Shown here: positions 1 through 10,156 of the stretch, piece after piece
How positions within the stretch are numbered: the first letter of the stretch is position 1
Layout: each line of letters starts with the position of its first letter
Source: Chitinophaga pinensis
GTDB taxonomy: Bacteria; Bacteroidota; Bacteroidia; NS11-12g; UBA955
DNA: 64,000 nt
Assembly: GCA_945871905.1 (NCBI GenBank)
Contig: CAMBXL010000002.1
Span: 134,936 to 198,935, forward strand
Direction: 5' to 3'
Program-made: the position numbers and the translations under genes
Notes under the pieces: model-generated
The model's database searches: none
Told to the model about the DNA's origin: nothing
The model's input: the letters and a program-made list of their open reading frames with translations, nothing else

Positions 1-3000
1 CTGGAGTAGAGGCTACCATTGTAACGCAGTATTGCAAATCTGCACCATAAGAGTATGAAGTACCTGCAGCGTTAGAAGTAAGCCTGTTTCCATCACCTGT
101 TATCCATTTGTAAGATAAGCCATTGGTAGAACCACCAATTGGCGTGTAGTTAAATGCTCTAGCACCTGCATTCCAATTGCGGGTGATATTAAAGTCACAC
201 GTTTGAGGTAATTGCGCAATATTTACCACTTTAACTATTGAATCAGAACATCCATCTTCAATAGAGGCTACTAATTTAACAGAGTATGTTTGTCCAGAAG
301 CATAAGTGTGAACTGGTGCTGCATTATTAGAAATTGTATTGTCGCCAAAATTCCATTTGTAGTTGATTTTTCCTTTAGGGAAAGTGGTTAAGTTGGTAAA
401 AGGAATTTCACTTCCTTCACATTGAGTTTCGAACTCAAAATCAGCCAAAGGTTGAACACCTACATTGATTGTCTTAGTAACTTGGGTACTACATCCATTT
501 AACAATCTGGTGGTTAAGGTTACACTACGCTGACCTAAACCTGACCAATTTACAACAGGGGCAAACTGATTATTAGGAGCACCTTGACCTAAGTTCCAAG
601 TATATGAAAGTAATGTTTCACCATTAAGGCTAGTATTGTTTACAAAAGGTGTTGGAGTTCTATCACAAGCAAAAGGGAATGAAAAGTCGGTAGTTGGAAT
701 TTGTTTAACATTGATTGTCAATTCTGCGGTATCCAAACATCCAAATTCAGAAACGGTAACCAAGGTTACCTTTTTAGTACCTGCTGATTGGAATGTATAA
801 TTTGGGCTTAAGTCGGAAGCGATATTTCCATTGTCATTAAAATCCCATTTATTACCAAAATTACCAAGAGCAATTGCAGATTGATTTGTAAATGTAAACT
901 CATCATTCAAGCAATCACCTTGAGCTTTAACAAAGGCTGCATTAGGTTTAGCAAATTGATAAACGGTTTTAGTTACTTTGTCAGTACATCCATCTGCAGT
1001 AGCTTGAAGCGTAACTCTATAGGCACCAGGCGTATTGAATTTTTTGTTTACAGCAGCTCTTGTAGATGTATTAATATTGGGTGAACCATCGCTAAATGAC
1101 CAAGTGTAAACTGTAGTTCCTGAACCAGCATAAGCAGTACCGTTTCCTAATACAACTGCTACACCTTCGCATTTATTCGTATTTATGATACTTGCTATAG
1201 GCATTTCAGTTACATCAATTGCAACAGTTTTACTAGTGACAAAATTATAAGGTTTGGTAGTTGCAGTCAAAGTCAATTGGTAAGTACCAAAAGAAGCGTA
1301 TCTGTGGGCAGGATTTGCTTCTTGAGAATTAGGAGTACCATCTCCAAAACTCCATTCATATTCAACAGAACCACTGCTTACAGTTGTTGTATTATCAAAC
1401 ACATTGTCTGTACGTTCGCAAAGTGGGTTAGGAATAATAAAATCTACATTAGCTTTTGGAGCTACAAGTACTCTTCTTTTGAAAACTGTATCACAGAAAG
1501 TTTCTAAACTTAAAACTCTGATTGACACTTCAATGATACTGTCCTCCCATGCAACAGTTGGTTCAAATGTTGCACGATAAGGTGCAGAACCATTACCAGA
1601 AATAAGTGCATTAGCATTCAAACCATTGATAGATCTTGCACTCACAAATGCTCTCCATTTTGTTCCGTAATCGGCATTGGTATATCCCAAACGAGAAGGT
1701 TCACTTAGGTTATACACCAATTTTTCATTTCTGAAAGTTACATCTGGTTTACCCGTAATGTCAAAAATTGAAGATGTAGAAGACAGTGATGTATTATGAG
1801 TAACTACTGAACCACCTGGTGCAGGAGTAATGGTAGTAGATGCAACAAGTGTATCATTTGTCAAATTATCGTCTCCACCGCTGTTAAATAAACGAACGGT
1901 AGTTGGACCAGGAATACTAAACACATGTGGATTAGGGAAAGAAAAATTGATATATGCATTAGGTGCAATGTTACCAGGAACGGTATAAACAATTTTTGGT
2001 CCATAATTAATAGCATAAGCAACTTCAGGATTTGAGATTGTGAAAGGTGAGTTATTTCTTAACGTTCCACTAATGGCTGAAGTAAATCCAGAACAAGAAG
2101 GTACAGGGAAATTTAAATTAAAAGCAGTGATAGAGATATCAGCAGCATATTCTAAAGCGCCAATATCAGGAATTACACCTCTTGTTGTACCACTATTATC
2201 AGTAGTAATACCCGAAATAACACCTCCTTTATTTGCCATAGACAATGAACGAGGTGTTAAGTTAATTGAAGCTGGATCAATACTAATAAAATTTGGATTG
2301 GTTGCAATGTTTGAACTAGGGAAACTAGATGCATACATAGATTGCATATTTGGAATATCTCCGGTTGCTGTTCCTGCTGAATTTTGAACTCCCCAACCGT
2401 AATTAAGCGTTCCACCTGCATTTGGACCAAAGAATAAACAATTGTTTTGATAAGTGGTCCATCTGTAAGTTGAAGTAAATGTAGTTGCTTGGTCATAAAT
2501 AAGCCATTTAGAACCACTTCCACCAATATTATTATATAGTATATTGTTTCTGAAATTTCTAAACCAACTTCCTTGAACATTTCTAACAATGGTACTTGTG
2601 TTATTTACATTCGTTGGATAATCGAAAGCAATGGTATTAAAATCAACATCAAGTGAAATAGCTGGATTCAAATAAGCAGAATACCAATACAAATAGCATT
2701 GTAATGTAGATGTTCCAAAATCATAAATCCAATTGTTGGTTATTCTTGAATTCATAATAGGCACAGTAGTGCTACTCATACTTATGTAAATAGGATAAAT
2801 TACAGACCCTTGTGGCGTATTTCCATTCAAATTAAAAATTCTGTTTCTATCGATAGTAAATGTACCTGTGATAGTGTATAATCCGTACTTGGTAGTTATG
2901 TTTCCAGTTCTACCTTGGTTGGTGATTGTATTATTTCTGATGGTTGTATTGTAAGTATAAGGATGGTTAATGCCATATAAATAAAAATCTCTCATCAAAC

Positions 3001-3757
3001 AATTTGAAATAACATTATCATTACCCGCATTAGATGCCGCAGGGGTAGTTATACCATACATGTTAATTGCATAGTAGGGGCCGTGATTTAAACCATTTCC
3101 TGAACGCATGTCACAACTATCAACTAAATTACTATTTCCAAAATTACCAGAAGCACTTCCGGTAGTACCGTTGGTCATCCAGATGTAGGCACTTCCTACA
3201 TTCGGAATACCAGTAATATTATCGCATCTTAATTTACAATTTTTAACAATGTTAAAATCTGCAGCGTTTCTGAACCAAAAACAGTAACCATAAGTTGTTT
3301 GATTCATTCTTACTTCTAAATTATTAATTGTAAAAAAGTCAGTGCCATTTAAATCAACAACACCTGCATCTAAAGTAGAAGTAGGAGTAAACTCTAAAAT
3401 AGCACCATTGCCATTAATTGTTACTCTTCTTGTCGCTTGAGAACCAACAATAGCTGTTAAAAGTAAACGCTCATTGTAAGTTCCTGGGGTCACATTTGCT
3501 GTAACATTGCCTTGAAGACCAGCTCCGCCAATGGCGTAATTTGCAGCACCACCATCGCCACGGGTAAGATTTCTTAAATCATTAGCAAAAGCAGTGAAAC
3601 TTCTATAATTAGAACTAGAAGCTGCCAATGAAGGGTTAATAGTGTAAGTTCCACCGGGGAAGGCTTGTAAACTTTGAGTTAAAGCCAAAAATGCTATTGC
3701 TAAAAATAACAATCGCATTTTTTTGTGAATTTTGATTTTGAGTAGATCTTTATGCAT
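1..3757 (-). CDS. Large secreted surface protein, partial (3' end runs off the window): signal peptide, parallel beta-helix region, then multiple PKD domains; probable T9SS cargo
   Basis: Absent from the ORF track because it has no stop in the window. Manual translation from ATG 3757 (or in-frame ATG 3718) gives MHKDLLKIKIHKKMRLLFLAIAFLALTQSLQAFPGGTYTINPS...VTPGTYNERL..., later PDIGALEY and PKD motifs such as YEWSFGDGTPNSQEANPAHRYASFGTYQLTL. The frame was spot-checked at ~2100 and at 1-60, not at every codon. Confidence 0.85.
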   Translation of the reverse strand, partial: MHKDLLKIKIHKKMRLLFLAIAFLALTQSLQAFPGGTYTINPSLAASSSNYRSFTAFANDLRNLTRGDGGAANYAIGGAGLQGNVTANVTPGTYNERLLLTAIVGSQATRRVTINGNGAILEFTPTSTLDAGVVDLNGTDFFTINNLEVRMNQTTYGYCFWFRNAADFNIVKNCKLRCDNITGIPNVGSAYIWMTNGTTGSASGNFGNSNLVDSCDMRSGNGLNHGPYYAINMYGITTPAASNAGNDNVISNCLMRDFYLYGINHPYTYNTTIRNNTITNQGRTGNITTKYGLYTITGTFTIDRNRIFNLNGNTPQGSVIYPIYISMSSTTVPIMNSRITNNWIYDFGTSTLQCYLYWYSAYLNPAISLDVDFNTIAFDYPTNVNNTSTIVRNVQGSWFRNFRNNILYNNIGGSGSKWLIYDQATTFTSTYRWTTYQNNCLFFGPNAGGTLNYGWGVQNSAGTATGDIPNMQSMYASSFPSSNIATNPNFISIDPASINLTPRSLSMANKGGVISGITTDNSGTTRGVIPDIGALEYAADISITAFNLNFPVPSCSGFTSAISGTLRNNSPFTISNPEVAYAINYGPKIVYTVPGNIAPNAYINFSFPNPHVFSIPGPTTVRLFNSGGDDNLTNDTLVASTTITPAPGGSVVTHNTSLSSTSSIFDITGKPDVTFRNEKLVYNLSEPSRLGYTNADYGTKWRAFVSARSINGLNANALISGNGSAPYRATFEPTVAWEDSIIEVSIRVLSLETFCDTVFKRRVLVAPKANVDFIIPNPLCERTDNVFDNTTTVSSGSVEYEWSFGDGTPNSQEANPAHRYASFGTYQLTLTATTKPYNFVTSKTVAIDVTEMPIASIINTNKCEGVAVVLGNGTAYAGSGTTVYTWSFSDGSPNINTSTRAAVNKKFNTPGAYRVTLQATADGCTDKVTKTVYQFAKPNAAFVKAQGDCLNDEFTFTNQSAIALGNFGNKWDFNDNGNIASDLSPNYTFQSAGTKKVTLVTVSEFGCLDTAELTINVKQIPTTDFSFPFACDRTPTPFVNNTSLNGETLLSYTWNLGQGAPNNQFAPVVNWSGLGQRSVTLTTRLLNGCSTQVTKTINVGVQPLADFEFETQCEGSEIPFTNLTTFPKGKINYKWNFGDNTISNNAAPVHTYASGQTYSVKLVASIEDGCSDSIVKVVNIAQLPQTCDFNITRNWNAGARAFNYTPIGGSTNGLSYKWITGDGNRLTSNAAGTSYSYGADLQYCVTMVASTP

Positions 3758-4035
3758 AAAATTAAAAAAATATAATGATTATGTAATGTTTTAATAACAA
3801 TACAAGTTAGCAAATATATTGTAAAGTTTTTAGACTCAACCTACATTTTGTAAAATATTACAAAGTTTTGACATATTATTTTACTACATTACACATTTGT
3901 GTACTATTTATACTAATCCCTTTGTCTTAACAATCAACTGATTATCTAATATTTGATTAAATAGCACTATGAATCAAATAAAAAACAAAAAAAATTCCAC
4001 AATTAAGTTCTAAAAAGGGATTGTTTATTTTTAAG

Positions 4036-4043
4036 TATCTTTG
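4036..4043 (+). promoter_or_regulatory. Bacteroidota primary-sigma -7 box (TATCTTTG) for the ABC-F gene
   Basis: Matches the TAnnTTTG consensus 23 nt before ATG 4067. Confidence 0.7.
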
Positions 4044-4063
4044 CGACCGCAAAAAATAAATAA

Positions 4064-5680
<1,617 letters not shown>

Positions 5681-5684
5681 TTGA

Positions 5685-6035
5685 ATGAAAAATAAGCCAC
5701 AATTAATTTATTGGCTTGAAATTATCCATATTCCATTGTGGTTAATCAAGGACTTGTGCTGGTTATTTGTTTGGGATGTTTTGGGTGTAATAATGGCTAT
5801 ACCTACCATTCTTGTTGCTTTAATTATGGTTATAATTAGTACTGATGACCGCAGTAAACTTTTCCCTAACTTGTCTATTTTATTTTGGATAATTGCTAAC
5901 AGCACTTGGATGATTGCAGAGTTTTACAACTTAAATATCAAACATTTTGCAGCTATTCCTTTCGGCTTAGGTCTTCTTTCCTTTTTTATATTTTTATTGA
6001 TTGCAAAACCTAATTTAACCCAGAATAATCATTAG
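5685..6035 (+). CDS. Hypothetical small membrane protein (about 4 TM)
   Basis: Hydrophobic 116 aa, starts 4 nt after the ABC-F stop; HIPLWLIKDLCW and FWIIANSTWM motifs. Confidence 0.75.
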   Translation: MKNKPQLIYWLEIIHIPLWLIKDLCWLFVWDVLGVIMAIPTILVALIMVIISTDDRSKLFPNLSILFWIIANSTWMIAEFYNLNIKHFAAIPFGLGLLSFFIFLLIAKPNLTQNNH

Positions 6036-6179
6036 AAAATCTATTACTAGCTAAATCTCTTTAAATCAGTTGTTTCTTACTTTTCTTAACCATAGATTTG
6101 GCTATACTTTTCAAAAAGTAAGAAACTGATTTATTGATATTTAACTCTCATAACGAAGTTCTAATAATTAATCTGGGTT
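6017..6179. repeat. Long imperfect inverted repeat (rod-like hairpin)
   Basis: Outer arms 6017-6037 and 6159-6179 pair at 19/21 positions; inner arms 6063-6084 and 6114-6132 give 19 bp with a 3-nt bulge. Confidence 0.8.
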
Positions 6180-6199
6180 TGAATCAAACAAAAAATCCT

Positions 6200-6207
6200 T
6201 AAATTTG
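6200..6207 (+). promoter_or_regulatory. -7 promoter box (TAAATTTG) for fdx-iscX
   Basis: TAnnTTTG 14 nt before ATG 6222. Confidence 0.65.
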
Positions 6208-6221
6208 TCACTCTATTAATC

Positions 6222-6551
6222 ATGCCAAAAATTACTTTCAATTTTGAAGAAACCCATAAAGAATCATTAACCGTTGACATAGAGGTTGGTGAAATGATAT
6301 TGGATGTTGCCTTAGATAACGACGTTCATTTACATCACAATTGCGGTGCTGTATGTGCTTGTAGTACTTGTCATATATTTATTGAACAAGGCGCAGACAG
6401 CCTATCAGAAATTACAGACAAGGAAGAGGATTTTGTTGACCGTGCCCGCAATCCTAAATACAATTCACGACTGGCATGCCAATGTGTGTTAGAAGAAGAT
6501 GAAAACATAATGGTAACAATCCCCGACCAATCGGTAATTATTGGACACTAA
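6222..6551 (+). CDS. fdx: 2Fe-2S ferredoxin, ISC/adrenodoxin type
   Basis: C-X5-C-X2-C motif (CGAVCACSTCH) plus RLACQC; adjacent to iscX. Confidence 0.92.
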   Translation: MPKITFNFEETHKESLTVDIEVGEMILDVALDNDVHLHHNCGAVCACSTCHIFIEQGADSLSEITDKEEDFVDRARNPKYNSRLACQCVLEEDENIMVTIPDQSVIIGH

Positions 6552-6563
6552 ATTTATATAAAT

Positions 6564-6800
6564 ATGACATTTGAACTACCAATACACTGGAAAGACCACG
6601 AAGACATCGCAATGGCTTTGTATGAAAGATTTGGCGATGATTTTGGTGAATCCAAAATATACAGAATTCGCTTTACTGAATTGATGCAATGGGTGCTTGA
6701 AATTCCCAATTTTAAAGGCACTAAAGAAGAGTGTAACGAAGGACACCTAGAAATGATTCAAAGTCAGTGGGTGTATGAGTGGCGCGACAATCAAAAATAA
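6564..6800 (+). CDS. iscX: Fe-S cluster assembly protein IscX
   Basis: WKDHEDIAMALYE...IRFTELMQWVLEIPNF...HLEMIQSQWVYE matches the IscX/YfhJ pattern; directly after fdx. Confidence 0.9.
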   Translation: MTFELPIHWKDHEDIAMALYERFGDDFGESKIYRIRFTELMQWVLEIPNFKGTKEECNEGHLEMIQSQWVYEWRDNQK

Positions 6801-6804
6801 ACCT

Positions 6805-7689
6805 TTAAAACAAAAAGGTTAGCAAATTAAAAATTCCCATTACTATCACTATTTTAAAAATAGTGTGTACTACTTTGTATCTTGACTTTTCAATTAAACC
6901 AAAACTTATTACAGTAATCATGCTTGATAAAAGCACGAAGTAATTTTTGGTAATGAGCCCTTCGTATGCAATAATTCCAACACCCAAAAGCAGCGATAAT
7001 ACCATTACAAAATAGATAAAAGACTTGGCAGTTTGCAAACCCAGCACGACAGGAATAGACTGTATTTGCAATACTTTATCGCCTGTATAATTCAGAAATT
7101 GTTTGATAAGTTCTCGTGCATAAACGATAGACAGGAAATACGCACCATAGACAAAAATAAAAGTATAAAAAGTATTGTAATGCAATAGAACCGCAAAGAA
7201 ACAAGTTATACTAAGCATGGCAGCTGTAAATTCTTTGATAAAGAATATCTTCTGCAACTTGTGCGAATAAATCCAAAGTGCAGAGATAAAAGCAGTAAAA
7301 AAAACACCTATTTTAAATGAGGACAAATAGGCAATCAATAATGCTAAAATATTGAATGCGATATAAAGATTTAACGAGGTCTTTTTACTTATTATTCTGT
7401 TAAATAATGTGTTTTGAGGCCGGTTAATTAAATCCTTTTCAAAGTCGTAAAAGTTATTAATGATAAAACCAGCAGCAATACTAAAAATAGAAGCTAAGAC
7501 AATACCGTGCAATTTAAAATCAGTTAGAATAAGGGAATAGGAACCGTGTGAATGACGAATAAACACGAAAGCGGAGATGTATTGAGCTAAAACTGTCAGG
7601 AGAATATTATACCACCTTACTACAGAAAATAAGGCAATCAACTTGAGTGCAAAAGTGTGCTTGTTGACAGAGGATGTTGAATCTGTCAT
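6805..7689 (-). CDS. UbiA-family prenyltransferase (DGGGP-synthase-like Bacteroidota clade)
   Basis: Multi-TM protein; GFIINNFYDFEKDLINRP first acidic motif; follows the mevalonate-kinase-like gene. Confidence 0.85.
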   Translation of the reverse strand: MTDSTSSVNKHTFALKLIALFSVVRWYNILLTVLAQYISAFVFIRHSHGSYSLILTDFKLHGIVLASIFSIAAGFIINNFYDFEKDLINRPQNTLFNRIISKKTSLNLYIAFNILALLIAYLSSFKIGVFFTAFISALWIYSHKLQKIFFIKEFTAAMLSITCFFAVLLHYNTFYTFIFVYGAYFLSIVYARELIKQFLNYTGDKVLQIQSIPVVLGLQTAKSFIYFVMVLSLLLGVGIIAYEGLITKNYFVLLSSMITVISFGLIEKSRYKVVHTIFKIVIVMGIFNLLTFLF

Positions 7690-7697
7690 AAGCTTAA

Positions 7698-8642
7698 TTA
7701 AAACGTGTAAATAACTTGCAACTTCTGTCCTTTAAGTTTTTCGACAGCCGATTCATAATCGTGGGTAAATCCAAGAATATAACCTCCTCCACCACTACCA
7801 CACAATTTAAGGTAATACGAATTACTCTCTATACCTTCTTTCCAAAGGTGTTTGTAGTTATCAGGAATCATAGGAGAAAAATTATCATATACCAATTGAG
7901 ATAAGTGCTTAATAGAACTCATCAACGGTTTGAAATCTTTATTTAAAAACGCATGAATACATTCATCGTTGTATTTTTTAAATTGGTGTTTAATTAAATT
8001 CCTGAAACCTTCATTTTTACATTTTTCTAAGAAAATAGAAACCATGTTTTGAGTTTGACCTGTCGTACCACTGTCCATTAGAAAAATAGCACCTTTACCA
8101 TTGTCATTAGGAGTTGGCAGACCAACAGTGTCTAATTTTGTTTTTGACTGAATGAGTACAGGAAGATTTAAATAACAAATCAATGGATCTAATCCTGAAC
8201 TTTTTCCATGAAAAAAAGATTCCAATTGAGAAAAAACTTGTTTCAACTTCAGAATTTCATCGCCATCTTGTTGTGCGTTTACCACAATTTTATTAAGACC
8301 ATAACGGTCGTAAATAGAAGCAACAAGGGCACCACTTGAACCTACTCCGAAACCTTGAGGTATAGAACTATCAAAATAAAGCCCTTCATTAATATCTTGT
8401 TCAAATTGAGCAAAATCAAATTGACTAGTTAATACATTCTGCGACTCTAAAGATTTAAGATAATCGAAAAACACTTTAATATCGAGATTCGACTGAATAG
8501 CAAAAGCATCCTTACGGCCATCTTTTTTCAACTGACCATTGAATTTATCAAAGGGGATAGAAAGCCCCATTGAATCTTCAATGATGCCATACTCCCCGAA
8601 GAGTAATATTTTGGCGTAGAACAAAGAATCTTTAATATTCAT
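7698..8642 (-). CDS. GHMP kinase of the mevalonate pathway (mevalonate kinase family; MVK or PMK)
   Basis: AKILLFGEYG, SIPQGFGVGSSGALVA, HGKSSGLDPL, KLCGSGGGG. Confidence 0.88.
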   Translation of the reverse strand: MNIKDSLFYAKILLFGEYGIIEDSMGLSIPFDKFNGQLKKDGRKDAFAIQSNLDIKVFFDYLKSLESQNVLTSQFDFAQFEQDINEGLYFDSSIPQGFGVGSSGALVASIYDRYGLNKIVVNAQQDGDEILKLKQVFSQLESFFHGKSSGLDPLICYLNLPVLIQSKTKLDTVGLPTPNDNGKGAIFLMDSGTTGQTQNMVSIFLEKCKNEGFRNLIKHQFKKYNDECIHAFLNKDFKPLMSSIKHLSQLVYDNFSPMIPDNYKHLWKEGIESNSYYLKLCGSGGGGYILGFTHDYESAVEKLKGQKLQVIYTF

Positions 8643-8680
8643 TTAAAATCAATTTGCAAATATAACACTTTCATTCACAA

Positions 8681-8951
8681 ATTGTTTGATTGAATTGTTT
8701 ATTCGTTGAATTGTTTAATTGCTAAATTGTTTAAGTGTTTATTCGTTTAGGTGTTTAATTGTTGAATTGTGTCACCCACTAGGCTGAGCCAAGTCACGTG
8801 AAGGGGTTCTCGAAGGGTGTTGAATTGTTTAGAGGGTTTAAAGTTTTTAATAGTATAATTCGATAGTCATTCTGGAAAATTTTGTCCTCAAAATTTATTC
8901 AGAATCTCTTAATGTTTTACATCCTGAATCAAGATCCCGAAAGCTTTCCGA
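8681..8951. repeat. Intergenic mosaic: degenerate 8-bp tandem repeat (ATTGTTTA-like) with embedded REP-like elements
   Basis: Nine in-phase octamers at 8694-8765; GTCACCC...CTGAGC...TCGAAGGG at 8771-8817; hairpin 8866-8908; TCCCGAAAGCTTTCCGA at 8935-8951. Confidence 0.75.
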
Positions 8952-8957
8952 AAACTA

Positions 8958-10151
8958 TCAATGAATTATTTCATTCAACCTTTTCCCAAGAACCACTCCC
9001 ATACTCATGCATGCTTGCAGTAAATAACCCCCTGTGGGAGCATCCCAATCGAGCATTTCGCCAATAATATAGTGATTGGGCAATGCTTTCAATTGAAAAT
9101 TTTCATCTACCTCCTCTATCGCTATACCTCCTGTTGTGGAAATGGCCTCGTCTATCGGGGCTGCATATAACAAAGAGATTGGCAGTGATTTAATTCTTTC
9201 GGCCAATTTATCTATTTCAACATAATCCTCTTTACTAATACTTTGCTTGATTAATTGAATTTGCATTGGGCTGAAATTCAAGCCCATTTTAAGTGCTTCG
9301 CTTGTGTTTTTTGACTTAACTTGTTTTAATTTTTCTATAATCTGCTCAAGCTCAAACATAGGTTTTAAATCCAAATAAACTGTTGCTTGTCCATGCTGCT
9401 TTAACTCATTTTGAATCACTCTGCTTAGGGCATAAATGGCATTCCCTTCGAGTCCGAATTTTGTTACGACCAACTCTCCTTTTACACTGTGATTTCCTAA
9501 TGTTAAACTTATATTTTTGAGTGGAAAGCCATTGTATTTGTCAATAAATTCTGATTGCCAGTCTACTTTAAAAGCACAATTAGACGCCTGGAAGGGCAAA
9601 GTTGCAATTCCCTTTTTTTGGAAATAAGGCAACCACGTTCCTCTAGAACCTGTTACGCTCCAACTGGAACCACCTAATGCAAAAATGACTATATCTGCTT
9701 TAACAACTTCTGTTTCATTGAACAACAAATCATTATTCCCTTTCCACCCATTCCATTGCATTTGAGTGCAGATTTTCACCTTGTTTTCTTCTAATTTTTG
9801 AAGAATAGCATTCAACACCTGAATGGGTTTGATACCTTTGATAGGATACACTCTGTTGCTACTTCCTACAAAAGTTTCTATACCTAACGAGCGCAACCAA
9901 TTTCTTAAATCCTGGTTTGAGAAAGTCTCTAAAGTCTTGTCCAAAAAACCACTAGGATGGTATTGTTGCTTCATCAATTCTATGTCTGACCCATGTGTGA
10001 GGTTAAAACCACCATCACCTGCCACCAGAAATTTACGTCCTAATGTTTTGTTTTGCTCGTAAACACTAACCTCAAACTTACTAAAATCAAGCGTAGCTGC
10101 CAGCATTAAAGCTGAGGGACCGCCTCCTACTATGGCAACTTTTTGTTTCAA
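8958..10151 (-). CDS. HI0933/BaiN-family FAD-dependent oxidoreductase (TIGR03862-like flavoprotein)
   Basis: GGGPSAL Rossmann motif, GRKFLVAGDGGFNLTH, EAISTTGG, GEMLDWDAPTGGYLLQ; TTG start. Confidence 0.9.
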   Translation of the reverse strand: MKQKVAIVGGGPSALMLAATLDFSKFEVSVYEQNKTLGRKFLVAGDGGFNLTHGSDIELMKQQYHPSGFLDKTLETFSNQDLRNWLRSLGIETFVGSSNRVYPIKGIKPIQVLNAILQKLEENKVKICTQMQWNGWKGNNDLLFNETEVVKADIVIFALGGSSWSVTGSRGTWLPYFQKKGIATLPFQASNCAFKVDWQSEFIDKYNGFPLKNISLTLGNHSVKGELVVTKFGLEGNAIYALSRVIQNELKQHGQATVYLDLKPMFELEQIIEKLKQVKSKNTSEALKMGLNFSPMQIQLIKQSISKEDYVEIDKLAERIKSLPISLLYAAPIDEAISTTGGIAIEEVDENFQLKALPNHYIIGEMLDWDAPTGGYLLQACMSMGVVLGKRLNEIIH

Positions 10152-10156
10152 ATAAA

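Noticed and set aside
881..2589. Short track ORFs 881-1084, 1277-1507, 2040-2387 and 2257-2589
   Set aside because: Antisense or out-of-frame shadows of the long minus-strand CDS at 1-3757
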